From Coleofasciculus chthonoplastes F2-STO-03 (GTDB lineage: Bacteria; Cyanobacteriota; Cyanobacteriia; Cyanobacteriales; Coleofasciculaceae): a DNA stretch of 64,000 nt. Where the stretch lies: the NCBI GenBank assembly GCA_040222015.1, contig JAVJWO010000125.1, positions 1-64,000 of the forward strand. The letters are read 5' to 3'. Below, piece after piece: positions 10,501 to 22,412 of the stretch. A program made the position numbers and the translations under genes. The notes beneath the pieces were generated by a model. It was not told the origin of the DNA. It did no database searches and saw only the letters and a program-made list of their open reading frames with translations. Each line of letters starts with the position of its first letter. Position 1 is the stretch's first letter.

Positions 10501-13500
10501 GAATTTAGCGTCAGGTTTTGAGTATCAGGCGTGACACCATTGAGCATATTGGTGAATATCATATCACCCCCAACCGTCATACCTGTGGTGGTGAAGGTTG
10601 TATCCGGTTGAGTCAGAGTAACAGTACCATTCAAGCTGATATTACCACCACGTCCAGCCCCCGCAGAGGTATTAATAGAACCTGGATTAATCGTGTTCGC
10701 CGTGAGAGTAATATTCCCTCCATCCCCATTTGTGGCGCTAGTATTGAGGATTCCGTGATGAGTGTCAATAGTTCCGTTATTGCTAGTGAGGGTAATCTCC
10801 CCACCTGGATTAATAATATCGCCCGTAACAATATCTTGATTCGCGTCTAGGTGAATCGTAGCGTCATCGATTCCGGTTAAGGTATACCCTGTCGTCGTAA
10901 TCGAACCTGAGTTGGTTTGCGATCGCAAAATTACGGGATCATTAAATGTAACATTATTAGCTAGGGTAATTGCGCCACTACGATTCGCGCCACCAATAAT
11001 AATTTGCGAAAATCCATTGCGGAAGCTAGCCAGTGCATTGCTATCCAGGCTTAATGCATCAACGCTGGTATCGCCAATCGTAATTCCTAAACTGGGGGTT
11101 AAAGGTTGTACCTGTAATTGTCCCGTACCCACCAGGTTAAACGTATTATCAACATTCAACGAATCTGTCGTTAGTGTCAGGTTTCCCGTTTGCGTTTCTT
11201 GTCCCAATACTCCATTTTCAGCTAACTGAATTCCGTAGGAATTAATTCCCGCACCACTAACACCAATTACGTCAACTGTCCCCTCATTCGTTCGCACCTG
11301 GGACGATTTCCATATCCGCACGCCTTGATTATCACTTGTACCCATTCCGCCGGTACCATTTAATCGGATATTTCCCGTTCCCGTCGCTTCCACAATAGAA
11401 TCTAAAGCAATTTCCACGCCATCACTTTGAGTTGTTGAACCTTGTCCAACTCCCGTCAAATTGATATCACCATCGGCTGAACGAATTATGATATTACCCT
11501 CACCCAAAACAATACCATCATTGGCTTCATTTCCTGCGCTACTTCCCGTACCATTAAAGGTTATCGTACCACTCCCTGTGGTTTCGACAACCGGACCCAT
11601 CCCACCGGAAAAGTTATCAACTCGAATGCCACTATTCTCATCTCCTGTTCCTTGTCCTATTCCGGTTAGACTAATAGTGCCATCAACTGAACTAATGTTA
11701 GTGTCTGCTTCTGCCAGAATAATTCCCTGATTGGTGTTTCCTCCCATCCCGCCTGTTCCCGTTAACGTGATATTCCCCGTGGTACTTTGAATGCTTGTCC
11801 CAGTTGTGACGACAATGCCAACGGCAACGTTTGTACCATCGATACCTTTACCCGTAATTGAAATATTGCCCATCCCGGAATTAAGGACAGCATTGTTCAG
11901 AATAATACCAGAAGTAGTAACTAATTCCTGTATATCACTTGTGCCTACCGCCGGATTCGTTAACGGGTTACTACCACCCCCCAAAATAATATCGCCGCCA
12001 TTGGAATTGATAGCTGAACCAGGGTTTAAGAAAATTGACCCCGCACCACTCCCATCTCGATCAGCATTGAGAGTAACATCTAATTTGCCGATAGTATTGG
12101 CTGTTATATCTACACCTGAATTTAAAAGAATACTGTTATTCGCTTGTAGAGTGAGGGCAGTATCAGCCGTTCCCGAATACCTGATATTCGCATTAACATT
12201 AATATCGTTATTAGCAAAAAGTGTCAGCGACGAGTCACTATTCCAGGTAATCGGATCATTTACAGTAATGGTTCCCGCACCGGATAAACCCGAAGCTGTC
12301 GAAACGGTGACATTACTTAAAGCCAATTGATTCTCTAGAGTCGTCGTATTCAGTGTAGATGGAGTCGTCGTTGTGTCGGAAAATATACCCCCAGCAAACG
12401 TCATAGTTCCGCTATCTGCTACAGTACTAATCGTAATATCTGTTGGGTCTAATAATAGCGTTCCCACTTGACCAGCCGGCGCTAACAAATCAACAACGCC
12501 TTGAAAATCCAAAGCCTGTTTTCCCGAAACTTCAACAAACCCACCATCGCCGCCATTCAATCCACCACGGGCGCTGATGCTACCCAAAAAGCGGGTGATT
12601 TCATCTGACCAGAAAATCACGTTTCCGCCATTACCTTGATTCAGCGCATCTGCATTAATTACTGAATTTTGACTCACAAACGTCTGTAAAGCATTAGGAA
12701 TTGTACCGCTTCCCTGATACTCTCCACCAATCCTGACTGTACCCCCACCATTTGCCCCAGACGCATTAATCCTTGCGTCAATAAGTGCCACGTTATCGCC
12801 TAAAATATTAACCTCACCCCCTATCTGTGGTGAAGCTGAAAAGTCTGGCATAGATACATCCAAATTACCGGAAACAATAGCTATTCCGGCTTCAGCAGGT
12901 AGAGTTGTACCAGATTCGGTTAACTGCACCTCATTAGTTTGAGAAACAGTTAATCCCGTGTCTACAGTATCTCCTGTACCCGTTAGTAACACGGGCAAAT
13001 CCAGAGGATTTAGCTGTAGCGGTTCACCCGGATTACTTAAACGTGGGGAAATCTCCAAACTCAACAAGTTTCCCGGTTGACTAATGCGGACTAAATTTTC
13101 ACCCGGTACAGCCGCAATGGTAATCGTTCCTCCGGGTGCAGTGAGTTGTCCGGTATTAATTACAGTACCCCCCAATAACGTTAAATTCTGCCCCTCGGCT
13201 ACGGCTAAATTACCAGCATTTACAATACTCCCCGGCTGGGAAACATCAAAGGCAAATTGATTGGGAACACCCACTAAACTTTGGTAGTCATTGTTACCCA
13301 AAACATTGAACCAATGATTATTGCCAAACCCAATACTCGTCGCCGTGGTTGCTGTGAAATCAGCCGGAACATTTAACCGGGCGTCTGCACCAAAGACAAT
13401 TCCGGCTGGGTTGAGTAAAAATAAGTTAGCATTATTACCCCCAGTCACTTGGATTAAACCATTAATAATCGACGCATCACCCCCAATCACCCGCCCTAAA

Positions 13501-13754
13501 ATATTACGAGTCTGGGGATTCGCCAGAAAATTGGCAATTTGATCGGAATCGAGTCCAAACTGCTGGAAACTATGAAATAGATTTGCCCCATCTGCGGAAA
13601 CGCTACCCCCCTGGATATCCAAGCGGTTACCATCGGGTATAACCTGGGTTCGGGTTCCATCAGCCGCTGGTGTAATCGGTTGAGAGACTAGCGGCGTGGG
13701 TGTGAACGCGGCGACTAAGCCTAAGGGGATAAGCAGTCGATACATGGTTTTCAT
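7599..13754 (-). CDS. filamentous haemagglutinin (TPS domain) exoprotein with C-terminal CHAT domain
   Basis: Signal peptide, NLFHSFQQF and [11 protein letters not shown] motifs, beta-helix repeats, CHAT motifs IHLATHA, LVLSAC and HPYYWAAF. Confidence 0.92.
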   Translation of the reverse strand: MKTMYRLLIPLGLVAAFTPTPLVSQPITPAADGTRTQVIPDGNRLDIQGGSVSADGANLFHSFQQFGLDSDQIANFLANPQTRNILGRVIGGDASIINGLIQVTGGNNANLFLLNPAGIVFGADARLNVPADFTATTATSIGFGNNHWFNVLGNNDYQSLVGVPNQFAFDVSQPGSIVNAGNLAVAEGQNLTLLGGTVINTGQLTAPGGTITIAAVPGENLVRISQPGNLLSLEISPRLSNPGEPLQLNPLDLPVLLTGTGDTVDTGLTVSQTNEVQLTESGTTLPAEAGIAIVSGNLDVSMPDFSASPQIGGEVNILGDNVALIDARINASGANGGGTVRIGGEYQGSGTIPNALQTFVSQNSVINADALNQGNGGNVIFWSDEITRFLGSISARGGLNGGDGGFVEVSGKQALDFQGVVDLLAPAGQVGTLLLDPTDITISTVADSGTMTFAGGIFSDTTTTPSTLNTTTLENQLALSNVTVSTASGLSGAGTITVNDPITWNSDSSLTLFANNDINVNANIRYSGTADTALTLQANNSILLNSGVDITANTIGKLDVTLNADRDGSGAGSIFLNPGSAINSNGGDIILGGGSNPLTNPAVGTSDIQELVTTSGIILNNAVLNSGMGNISITGKGIDGTNVAVGIVVTTGTSIQSTTGNITLTGTGGMGGNTNQGIILAEADTNISSVDGTISLTGIGQGTGDENSGIRVDNFSGGMGPVVETTGSGTITFNGTGSSAGNEANDGIVLGEGNIIIRSADGDINLTGVGQGSTTQSDGVEIALDSIVEATGTGNIRLNGTGGMGTSDNQGVRIWKSSQVRTNEGTVDVIGVSGAGINSYGIQLAENGVLGQETQTGNLTLTTDSLNVDNTFNLVGTGQLQVQPLTPSLGITIGDTSVDALSLDSNALASFRNGFSQIIIGGANRSGAITLANNVTFNDPVILRSQTNSGSITTTGYTLTGIDDATIHLDANQDIVTGDIINPGGEITLTSNNGTIDTHHGILNTSATNGDGGNITLTANTINPGSINTSAGAGRGGNISLNGTVTLTQPDTTFTTTGMTVGGDMIFTNMLNGVTPDTQNLTLNSGTGNITFEDSVGNTVNLADLNINSTGVTQFNNSVTVQRLTTDTGGMTKIRRNVITNGELGQSYGDDVTLIGDIELTGDEINFFGNVSGNGTLTLQPFSPSHAIALNGATDTNTEQLDLSARDINAWEMGFESITIGRNDSSGAITLADDVTFNDSVTLRSPMGDGSINTTGFTIAGNGDITLLANQDIITGTINNPGAAVTLTSLAGTINTDSGTLYTRSSIGKGGAIALNARNNITTGDLDSGSASGTPGPIKLNAGNQITFNRPLILPGDFSVSIPNSGMIIFNRTVDGTYDLTLNPGGGIVQFNDRVGSLQPLQNLWVQGDITTNNRAGIDIKAENNITTDNITAPSGINLFSHNGQISTGILDTSASGNGGNSKLTANDRINVSHINTQSLNGIGGNVEITTNHFFQATDSFIDQNGINASISTAGGINGGSIIIRHGGNGVVPFIVGNSQTNGIRGAITRGNTTPNQTIAPNQVYLFNHTQDKEQIQILSSPVPSILDEFLIREAKPNLEKDVDIIESLNNLIGQGLEAEIEIEEDPETGEKRIVQRFYTPGTLSINLETSLSVGQTDQLFEEQFEKYFQQNINREIITAEGLRDTLTTLEEQTGKSSGVVYVRSLTNHLELLLVLPQGYPIRKRIPTANAKELQQTLTEFRKTVTDSYRPKAYLAPAQQLYNWMIAPLESELEEQGIDTLIFSMDAGLRTIPMAALHDGNQFLVEKYSIGSIPSMSLTTTRYNTIKNAQVLAMGASKFEDLPPLPAVPNELQIITKELWSGQSFLNEEFTLNNLKQQRQQFGIIHLATHADFLPNEPSHSYIQLWDEKLRLNQLRQMDWHQSPQVELLVLSACRTAIGDRNAELGFAGLAVNAGVKSALASLWYVSDGSTLALMSEFYRQLSQPDVTIKAEALQRAQIAMLRGQVHLENGQLHGIGMGGIPLPPELKDRGNQDFSHPYYWAAFTMIGSPW

Positions 13755-14279
13755 GGCAGTTGTTCTCTATCCAATTGTTAAATCCCTACCATCTCAACCG
13801 GTTGCTTTACGGGAGTTCAAGATATTTTTTTTATAACACAATGAATAGGATGAGAATTGAGGATTAATCAGTTTTTTTGAGGATGATCAAAAATAGCAAC
13901 ATCTCTTAATCTATGTTGAGCCTTACAGCCGATGATTTTTATCCCATGGCTTAATTCTGTTGATTTAATCAATATACTGTTACAAATATTGATAAAAAAA
14001 TGAAACGTTTAGAAAGTTAAATCGGATAAAATAAGCCGACAGATCACAAAAACGGCGAGAAGCTGACCTCGATCAAAGGTGGTAGGGATAGCCGCCCACC
14101 CTTTAGTTCATGGTTTATCAACCCGTTTTTGATAGCAATGAACCATGAACCATAAACAATGAACAATGAACCATTGTTCCCTAATCTCAACCGTTAACTT
14201 TAATGAAAGCCCGACTACTTATGGTATTATCAGTGAGCGAAACTTTATAATTCGGTAGCAGATCACCCCTATCTCAATC

Positions 14280-15638
14280 ATGGTTGCAGTCGCGATTTTA
14301 GCCGCAGGGCGCGGGACACGAATGAAATCCAAGTTGCCCAAGGTATGCCACAATTTGGGTTCTTTGTCAATGGTGGAACGAGTTCTCAAGAGTTGTCTTG
14401 GTGTCGATCCGTTGCGGTGTCTGGTGATTGTCGGTTATCAAGCAGAACTTGTGAAACATTCCCTCGCCGAGTTCCCAGATATCGAATTTGTTGAGCAGAC
14501 GGAACAATTGGGAACCGGTCATGCAGTACAACAACTCCTCCCCCACTTAGAAGGATTTACGGGGGATTTGTTGGTTTTGAATGGCGATGTTCCCCTGTTG
14601 CGCCCAGAAACGATGCAACAGTTATTAGACACTCATATAACCCATCAAAATGCCGCAACAATATTAACCGCGCAACTCCCCAATCCGCAAGGATATGGAC
14701 GAGTTTTTTGTGATGGACAAAACCTCGTCACTCAAATTGTAGAAGATCGAGATTGCACCACAGCCCAAAAGCAGAACCGTCGAATTAATGCGGGAGTCTA
14801 TTGTTTCAATTGGCAGAAGTTGGCAAAAATACTGCCAAATCTACAGTCAAATAATGACCAAAAGGAATATTATTTAACGGATACGATTCATCAGCTAAAA
14901 CCTGTCATGGCGGTTGATGTGGAGGATTATCAGGAAATTTTGGGAATTAACAACCGCAATCAGTTAGCCGAAGCATACCAGATTTTGCAAGATCGGATCA
15001 AGGAAGCCTGGATGATGGCGGGGGTGACGTTAATTAATCCCGATAGTATTACCATTGATGACACGGTGGAATTGCAACCGGATGTAATTATTGAACCCCA
15101 AACCCACCTGCGGGGGAAAACCGTAATTGGTTCTGGGAGTCGGATTGGACCCGGAAGTCTGATAGAAAATAGTCAGTTAGGGAAGAATGTCACGGCGCTG
15201 TTTTCGGTGGTGAGTGATTCGGTGGTGCAAGAGAATAGCCGAATCGGACCCTATACTCATCTTAGAGGTCATGTCAGCGTCGGGGAATCTTGTCGGGTGG
15301 GGAATTTTGTGGAACTGAAAAACGCCCAAATTGGCGATCGCACAAATATCGCCCACCTGTCTTATCTAGGGGATGCGACATTAGGGGATCAGGTGAATAT
15401 CGGCGCAGGAACGATTACCGCCAATTACGATGGGGTACAAAAGCATCGCACTCAAATCGGCGATCGCACGAAGACGGGTTCCAATAGTGTGCTTGTCGCC
15501 CCGGTAACCTTGGGCGAAGATGTCACCGTCGCAGCGGGTTCAGTGATCACCGAAAGTACACCCGATGATTGTCTCGTGATTGCGCGATCGCGTCAAGTCG
15601 TCAAAGCCGGTTGGCGTCTCAATTCTCCCACCCTGTAG
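14280..15638 (+). CDS. glmU: bifunctional UDP-GlcNAc pyrophosphorylase/GlcN-1-P acetyltransferase
   Basis: [21 protein letters not shown], hexapeptide repeats, [13 protein letters not shown]. Confidence 0.98.
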   Translation: MVAVAILAAGRGTRMKSKLPKVCHNLGSLSMVERVLKSCLGVDPLRCLVIVGYQAELVKHSLAEFPDIEFVEQTEQLGTGHAVQQLLPHLEGFTGDLLVLNGDVPLLRPETMQQLLDTHITHQNAATILTAQLPNPQGYGRVFCDGQNLVTQIVEDRDCTTAQKQNRRINAGVYCFNWQKLAKILPNLQSNNDQKEYYLTDTIHQLKPVMAVDVEDYQEILGINNRNQLAEAYQILQDRIKEAWMMAGVTLINPDSITIDDTVELQPDVIIEPQTHLRGKTVIGSGSRIGPGSLIENSQLGKNVTALFSVVSDSVVQENSRIGPYTHLRGHVSVGESCRVGNFVELKNAQIGDRTNIAHLSYLGDATLGDQVNIGAGTITANYDGVQKHRTQIGDRTKTGSNSVLVAPVTLGEDVTVAAGSVITESTPDDCLVIARSRQVVKAGWRLNSPTL

Positions 15639-16758
15639 GAATGGGTTCCCGTAGGGGCTTGGTTTCCAAGCCCTCTTGGTTCCTATTCCCTAAAAATAAA
15701 CCCGCACTGGCTTGATGGAGGCGTTGTAGCTTGTTTAACGATCGCACTTGGGCTTGTCGCGATCGCGTGATACTTTGGGGTTGACCGATAAACAGGCGAT
15801 CTAATCGTTCAAACCGAAATAAATTACCCCCTTTTCCCTTTTCTTCTTGTTCAAAGGCTACGTACCAAGCATGGTGATAAAACACGATTTGCAGACACCA
15901 AGCGGTAAAAAATCCTTCCTGATCTCCCGGAAATCTGCCCCCACCTCGATGTCGATTCAATTCTAACAGTTTACCCGATGCGATCGCGTCTTCGAGTTTG
16001 TCTAAGTTGCGGGCTAGGACAGAGGACGGTAAACTGTCGATATCTACCATGGATTGATGGGCAATTGCCCGTACTGGATAAACCTCGGTGATATCCAGCT
16101 TACTGGAGGTTATGCGATCGCGGAATAGTTCATAAGTTTCCAACGCTACCGGATCATCAAAACTCTGGGCTTGAGATTGCAGAATCGCAAACACCTGTTT
16201 AAGTTCATGACGCCATAACAAGGCGGTACCTAAAAAGTAACCCTGTCGCATGGGAGTATTCGGGAGGAGTTGATAAGGTTTCAGGATTTTTTCGATATCT
16301 TTACGAACCGTATCCACCGCATCACCAACCAGTATTCCTTCAGTTTTCAACGCCTCAACTAAGGTAGGCAAATTTCCGCCACCGGTATTTTCTAAAAAGG
16401 GATGGTGTAAAATAAACCGAATCGTGGCTAGCAGTCGTTGGAAGGGTTCCCAATCAGAATAGGGATGAGTGGCGCTAATTGTCCCTAAATAGGGTTCCAC
16501 TTGAATCGGGCGATCGCGAATCGGATATCCGATCAATCCATTCTCCGTTAACCAGTGTAAATCATCCGCGATCGCATCGGGTACGGCATAGATTGAACCT
16601 TTACATTTCGCCATCACCGCACAGATTTCCTCCACAAAGGTAGCAAATTCAGGAACGCTTCCCAATAGGCTTTTCAGACACTGAGGCGCAATCTGTTGTA
16701 AATTCCCGATCCCCGGATATGCCAAAATCAGAGAGATTAAATGCAGCAAGCGGTCATC
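15619..16758 (-). pseudogene. large cyanobacterial WYL-domain regulator, truncated at both ends
   Basis: HAWYVAFE...FRFERLDRL WYL signature; in-frame TAA at 16762-16764 just upstream with no RBS; after GLFLGN (about 15685) the frame runs into a GTAG repeat. Confidence 0.7.
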
Positions 16759-17045
16759 AGATTATAAATAACCCGCTTTTCAAAAGACGCCCCCTTGAAT
16801 CTCTGCATCTCAATTAACACCGTTGAGCCGTTATCCAGCACAGCTTTGACATCCAGATAGCTATCTTTTAGGTCAACCCCATCTCCAGGATTATAGGGAT
16901 CAATGATTTCTAAATCCTGAATGACTGGATTGGCATCATGAATCAAGGCATTTAAAAAGCTAATCAGGATATCTTTGCTATCTGTGGAACCAAAGATTTT
17001 CTTGAAGGCAAAATCAGTTTTTGGGCTAATGAATTTCATCCTCAT
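16737..17045 (-). pseudogene. Rpn-family PD-(D/E)XK nuclease/transposase, N-terminal fragment
   Basis: MKFISPKTDFAFKKIFGS, LDVKA, LIEMQ; breaks off after FEKRVIYNL where WYL sequence begins. Confidence 0.85.
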
Positions 17046-17180
17046 AACTCCTCAATCGTTTAAGTCTCAAAAATGTTGAGTGGGTAGATTCAGCTTGTAG
17101 TAAGGGCTTTAGCCCTATATCCTGTTGGGTTTCCTGTCGTCAACCCAACCTACAATCTATTCCACAATTTTAGCCAGTAG

Positions 17181-17305
17181 TTGTGTGGCACAGCTAAAAT
17201 AGGCCTTTGTTTGTAGTGAGAACTTTAGTTCTCTAACGCCTAGCTGGAGAGGGCTAAAGCCCTCACTACGTACCCAATCTATTCCACCAAATTAGCTGTG
17301 CCACG
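17181..17305. repeat. nested palindromic MITE (GTGGCACAGCTA...TAGCTGTGCCAC enclosing GTAGTGAG...CTCACTAC)
   Basis: Inverted arms seen directly; a related arm at about 51361. Confidence 0.65.
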
Positions 17306-17423
17306 CCTGTAGGGTGTGTTAGCGCAGCGTAACACACCAATAGCTCACTTTTTTATGGGTGGGTTACGGCGGATATCCAATTTTGCGGTAACTTTTTCAA
17401 TTGAATCACCGCCTAACCCACCC

Positions 17424-17946
17424 TACTGGTATGACGGTACTATCTGTAATAATATCATTTTTACATCAATCTCTAACGCCATGGTTTCCTGGCGTAATTC
17501 CTGCTGCAAATAACCAACAAACTTTAAAACCATTGGCAATTGTTCGACTAACGCTTGTCGCGTCATAAACGACTTAATCACATAACTCTTTTCACTCACC
17601 ATTTTTTATACATTCCCGATTGTTCTACCCAACTGATTCCCTCGAATAACTCAGCCATTAAAGTTTTGGCTTGTTCCACGTAGGCTGATGTATCACAGGG
17701 GATATCAATATCAATGGTTGTGGGAATTAATAGTCCGATACTATGGTCAAGTAACCAGACATTTGCCGAAAATGCTGAGAAGAGTTCTTCAATCGGTAAG
17801 GGGGAGGAGTGAGAGGAGGGTAAGGGTAAAGAGGTTAAGGAGTGAACCCTTTGGTTTAAGGGTTCTTCGGTTTGTAGCGATAGGTTAAATCCTGGAAGGA
17901 GACTGTTGAATCCTGATAGAGTTTGGAATGGGGAAGCGTCTAACAT
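17424..17946 (-). pseudogene. frameshifted conserved hypothetical gene
   Basis: GGAG RBS and ATG 17946; the frame stops at 17596, but protein-like sequence continues in another frame (MVSEKSYVIKSFMTRQALVEQLPMVLKFVGYLQQELRQETMALEIDVKMILL). Confidence 0.55.
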
Positions 17947-18023
17947 TGGTTCATCTCCGTCTCGACTTCTTTACTCTAATGGTATAAGGTGATGCGGTGC
18001 TAGGATTTGATGCGAATGACTAA

Positions 18024-18062
18024 TTGTCATTTGTCATTTGTCATTTGTCATTTGTCCTTTGT
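18024..18062. repeat. STRR heptamer array (TTGTCAT)n
   Basis: Tandem 7-mers. Confidence 0.85.
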
Positions 18063-18417
18063 TATACTCGCTTCCGACAAGAAGCAAGCTACGTCATTTG
18101 TACTGACTGTTTCACGGTATATGGTGCAACGAAGGGAGGTAAGTTTTGACGCTTCACGTTGTTTTAGGACATGGTTTGTAGGGGCGGGTTTCACGATTAT
18201 CTTTTCGGTTGCACAAGAGATGTGACTAAACCCGCCCCGACTCAGGTTCTAGATTTCCCCAGAACTTACGCAAAACCTCTATTCGTAGGGTGTGTTAGCG
18301 TAGCGTAACGCACCTTTGCCATTATATGAGGGGTCGTTGCTGAACCTAATTGATGTAGAGACGTTCCATGGAACGTCTCTACAATGTTTTTGCCGTTACC
18401 CGAAAACAGAAATAATC

Positions 18418-18855
18418 AAACCCTTCCTCTTGTCCACTATTAGAAAGTGACGTCCTCCTACACCGACCCTACGGGTACGGTTGTAGGCTTCCTTTGGGGT
18501 TCCGTTTCAGAACGACGCTTCCGGCGTTTTATAGTGGGGAATACGCAAGAGCCCACTTCTTGCTTATCGCAAGAGAATTAGTATTAGCTTACAACAAGCA
18601 AGTTGTCAATAATAAACTGGCGATTCATCCCACGCTCAATCGAAGATTAGAGCGTGGGGAACCTATCGCCGGATAAGCTAAGCGCCAGGAAACAGTATAA
18701 TCCCGCGTTTGCACACTGACACCAAAGTCCGGAATTGAGGCGGGAACGGCGGTTGGCGATGAGACAGGTTTGGGTTTCGTTGGACGCGCCAAGGCTTTTG
18801 AGGTGACATGGGGACGTTTCCCAGAGGCTGAATGGCGAGAATTGGGTTTCCCTGG
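18418..18855 (-). pseudogene. Cmr6-like RAMP fragment split by a mini-IS
   Basis: Removing 18447-18677 restores IPDFGQCVQTRDYTVSWRL-VSNSGQEEGF, resembling the WRxVxNSGQDEG motif recalled from cyanobacterial type III-B RAMPs. Confidence 0.55.
18447..18677 (-). mobile_element. 231-bp non-autonomous IS200/IS605-family element
   Basis: On the minus strand it follows TTAG and ends in TCAC; subterminal hairpins at both ends; no TSD; excision restores the host reading frame. Confidence 0.8.
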
Positions 18856-18863
18856 TTAGAGGG

Positions 18864-19064
18864 TTTTTTATAGCGTTGAGTCCACCAGACTAAACTGTCA
18901 CAGAGTTGGGTCAGTAACGTCAGGGCAATGCGTTGGTGTTCAATCGGAAATTGGTCTTTATCCCAGAGTTGAGTCACCATCTTTTCAATGTCTGCGGTTT
19001 TCCCCCGACTCACATCTTCATTGGGAACATTAATCCCCGCCTTTTTCATCATTTTGACGAAATT
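18864..19064 (-). pseudogene. Cmr5-like small subunit, C-terminal fragment
   Basis: NFVKMMKKAGINVPNE...HQRIALTLLTQLCDSLVWWTQRYK, recalled from cyanobacterial type III-B small subunits; no start or N-terminus. Confidence 0.5.
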
Positions 19065-19484
19065 GTATTAGCAGATGGGGTGACAACCGGGAACGGAACC
19101 AGTATGTCTCAGACGTTGTGACGTTGTGCGATCGCGCTTTTTCTCCAACTGTGTGCGATCGCTTTTGACTTGCAAGCTTTCTAGACGCACGTCAGCAATA
19201 GGGCGCACGTCGGTGCGCCCCTACGGTTTCTTTTCTGTATTTGTCTGGGCAGATTTCGTCGATTAATTTGGGCAAAAACCTGTGGAATCTCTGTAGGGGC
19301 GACCCGCTTGCATCAATTAACAACACCAGTCCACTCAATTTGATCGGGTCGCCCTCTCTCGTTCACATCGTTTCCATTAATTCGACTTCTAGGGAAGTCT
19401 AAAGCATTCCAGCTTTTAACTGTGCCTCAATGAATTGCAGAAGAAACCGCTATAAATCTCGCGATCGCTAAAATCGTGCCAGAT

Positions 19485-22313
19485 TTACTTCTGCTTCTGT
19501 TCCAATGGCAACAGCAACCGGATCAAATAATCATGGACTTGGGTTTGGTAAAAATGCAGATCGCCTCCCCAACTCCGCAAAATCTGTTGACAAATCCTCA
19601 TATTTAAGCTAGGCAGAGATTTTCTCGGTGAAGCGGTGAGAACCTGTTGACACTCCTCCAAAGAATTGCTTTGAGAAATCAGTAACTCGAGTAACGGATA
19701 AGGTGAACTTGAACCCAGCCTGGGTTTAGTATCTGAACGTAGGGGACAGCACCACAGATGAATCCAACGTCCAGCACGGGATTGTAAACCAATCGTAAGC
19801 AATAACTCCAACACAATGCATTCTAGCTTCAGGTAATCCCCATAAATGGTAAACTGACTCACATTATGCATATTCAGAACCAGTTGACGCTGATGATAAA
19901 AGGGTTCCACCTGTCGCAGCGATCGCTTCAACAAAGTTGCCAACTTGATTGGGCGTAGCGTCGTCCTGAGTTGCCACTGTTCCTGCTTGAGGAGCGGAGT
20001 CACGCCCGCTAGAACGGCTTCTAATTTGTGCATCAGTTGTTGACGACGCATCTTTTGTAACGCCGAATTGCTAACCTGCTGTGTGGCTTCCGCCGGAGAG
20101 TATATTTGACTGTCCAATGAGAGTAAGGAATTATTCATCTCCTGCACAGACTGATAAAATTTCTCCAAGCATCGGTGTTTGTACCAGTTGAGAGCTTGCA
20201 AGTTTTCCCGCTCTTGGGTTTGTTGCATTAGGCGATACCGATAGTCACGCAAGTCAGTAAACTGTTGGGTTAAGATTTCCAGTACCGATAACAAACGTTC
20301 AGACCACGTTCGTTCCTGGTGATCCGCAATCAGGATCACTCCCGTGGCTGAAGTGGTATCCTGATGTAAGGCAATCACCAAAATTTGACCCATATCGGGA
20401 CTATTAAACCATTGACGTACAGAATCAGGCAGATCCTTCACCGCAAAGCAGCGGAAATGGGGGGTAGCTAGAGCCTGGTGAATCAGGGGATTTGTTGCCA
20501 CCGAAATGGTTAAATCGGGAGGGAGAGCAAAACGCGAATCCGTAACCGCCACCGTGGATACCGTCGCCCAAGCAATTTGGGGAGTCCAAGTAAGCAGCGC
20601 CACCAGCGGAGATTCCAGCAACTTTGCCACATAATTAATCCAAGCCCGTTCAAAGCGCACCGGATCTTTCGGGGCTGAGTGGAGTATGGATAGACCCGAC
20701 TGCAGGGTTTGATGCGCCAAAAAAGAACGTTTGGCGTTATCTAACTCACCCGATAGCGTGAGCAGTAGATAGATGAGTTGGGCTACAGTTTTCACAAAAT
20801 CCCGTTCATTCGAGTTCCACGTTCGAGGACTCTCATGACCAATCAAGAACAGGAAACTCGGTTGTTTAGGGGAATGTTCTGGATAGGATAAAGACTGGAT
20901 GAGGAGCGATCGCAGATTCAGTTGCGTTAACGTCTCCCGCCAGGATATGAGTAACCCATCCGCCTCAATATCTTCAATCACCTCCATTTTTTTTCGTCCC
21001 CTCAACCACTGCTGATCCTGATCATTCAGGGGGGGTAAGGGTGAGGGAAAAGGACGACGATTCGACGGTTGTCGGCTAAACATAACAGTGAATTGACCCG
21101 ACTGATCCCGTTGCAGGATTACCAATCGATCCGTATTCAGATGCTGGCAAATCAGCTTCCCCGACTCATTCAGGGCGGCTTCAGGCGTGGGACGATAGGC
21201 AATTGCTTGAGCGATCCTTGCTAGCACCTGGCTATCCTTGATTCTTACCTGAACTTGGGTGTCTAATTCCTCACCACTCACTACCAGCGCCACTAATTGA
21301 GCGGTGGCTAAAATATAGTTCCGTTCTGCCCGTTCCCAAATTCGCGGATCGTCTTCTTCCACCGACAAAAAACCCAACAATTCCCCTTGAATTTGAATCG
21401 GGGCTGCCATCAACGAACGAGTTCGGAGTCGATGTAGGATATGTTCTGTGGTTTCTGTCTTGAGTTGGCTTCTACTGCTGCCAATGGTGACTAACTGACC
21501 CGCCTTTAACGCCTGATAAAAGTCACTGGCTTCAGCAACAGTAAGACCCGCTTTGGAGTTGCGTAACCCAACAACACTACGGAGAGATTGACGATTACCC
21601 ACCCGATGCCAGAAATAGCGTTGCTGCGGATTATACCAATAAATATTAGTGCGCGTCGGTGTAATAAACTCTTGAGTCATCGTCACCAATTTATCCAAAC
21701 GCTGAACCAGCTTGGGCAATTTGATCAGCTCATCAAGGGCTTGAAACAGGGGTTTGTCAGGGCGTTTCATTGCCGATTGTTGCCAATTGACCTCTATCTC
21801 ATGTAGCGCCGCCGCTAATCCACCCAACACCATGGATAAATGGGCGGTGTCCCTGGGTTGGGCAGAGATACCCCATTGATGTGAACCCAACAAGGTGACA
21901 CCAAAACATTGATCCTTGGCGCGTAAGGGAAACAGCAATGTTCCCTGAATCCCTAAATTGGTAGCAAGTCGTCGCCATTCTCCCGCCCGGATTTCTTGCT
22001 GAATATCAGGAACGGTGATTGGGCGCTGTTGAATCACGATTTGTTCTAACAGATCACCCGGTTGCAGGTTGTATCGCTGCTTCAAAAAATCGGTCTCACC
22101 CGTGGGAGCAATACCCCCTTTACCAAATAAGCGATGATCCAAGCGATCATAAAGCCCAATCCAGATCAGGTGGTAATCAAACTCGGTTTGCAGGTAATTT
22201 AGAGTAGTTTCGATCAACACGTCAGCATTGTCCTCTTCCCGCAATGTCTCCAGCACTCGTCCTAGGGCAAGGAATGGATGATCGTTTTGGGATGGTAGAT
22301 TTTGCTGACCCAT
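19485..22313 (-). CDS. multi-GAF sensor protein with degenerate kinase-like C-terminus
   Basis: Repeated GAF motifs (LLFPL..GVTLLGS; SLMAAPI..LGFLSVE..RIWE). Confidence 0.8.
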   Translation of the reverse strand: MGQQNLPSQNDHPFLALGRVLETLREEDNADVLIETTLNYLQTEFDYHLIWIGLYDRLDHRLFGKGGIAPTGETDFLKQRYNLQPGDLLEQIVIQQRPITVPDIQQEIRAGEWRRLATNLGIQGTLLFPLRAKDQCFGVTLLGSHQWGISAQPRDTAHLSMVLGGLAAALHEIEVNWQQSAMKRPDKPLFQALDELIKLPKLVQRLDKLVTMTQEFITPTRTNIYWYNPQQRYFWHRVGNRQSLRSVVGLRNSKAGLTVAEASDFYQALKAGQLVTIGSSRSQLKTETTEHILHRLRTRSLMAAPIQIQGELLGFLSVEEDDPRIWERAERNYILATAQLVALVVSGEELDTQVQVRIKDSQVLARIAQAIAYRPTPEAALNESGKLICQHLNTDRLVILQRDQSGQFTVMFSRQPSNRRPFPSPLPPLNDQDQQWLRGRKKMEVIEDIEADGLLISWRETLTQLNLRSLLIQSLSYPEHSPKQPSFLFLIGHESPRTWNSNERDFVKTVAQLIYLLLTLSGELDNAKRSFLAHQTLQSGLSILHSAPKDPVRFERAWINYVAKLLESPLVALLTWTPQIAWATVSTVAVTDSRFALPPDLTISVATNPLIHQALATPHFRCFAVKDLPDSVRQWFNSPDMGQILVIALHQDTTSATGVILIADHQERTWSERLLSVLEILTQQFTDLRDYRYRLMQQTQERENLQALNWYKHRCLEKFYQSVQEMNNSLLSLDSQIYSPAEATQQVSNSALQKMRRQQLMHKLEAVLAGVTPLLKQEQWQLRTTLRPIKLATLLKRSLRQVEPFYHQRQLVLNMHNVSQFTIYGDYLKLECIVLELLLTIGLQSRAGRWIHLWCCPLRSDTKPRLGSSSPYPLLELLISQSNSLEECQQVLTASPRKSLPSLNMRICQQILRSWGGDLHFYQTQVHDYLIRLLLPLEQKQK

Positions 22314-22412
22314 AATTAATTATCAGGGAACAGGGAATAGGGAACAGGGAACGGGGACGCTGGGGAAGCTGGGGAAGCAAACCAATGACGAATGACAAAG
22401 GACAAATAACCA

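Noticed and set aside
8957..13542. Multiple ORFs within the haemagglutinin gene
   Set aside because: Shadow ORFs of a long low-complexity CDS, with no motifs
15619..19480. Tn7-like or CAST element inserted after glmU
   Set aside because: No tnsABC or tniQ, and no transposon ends or target duplication found
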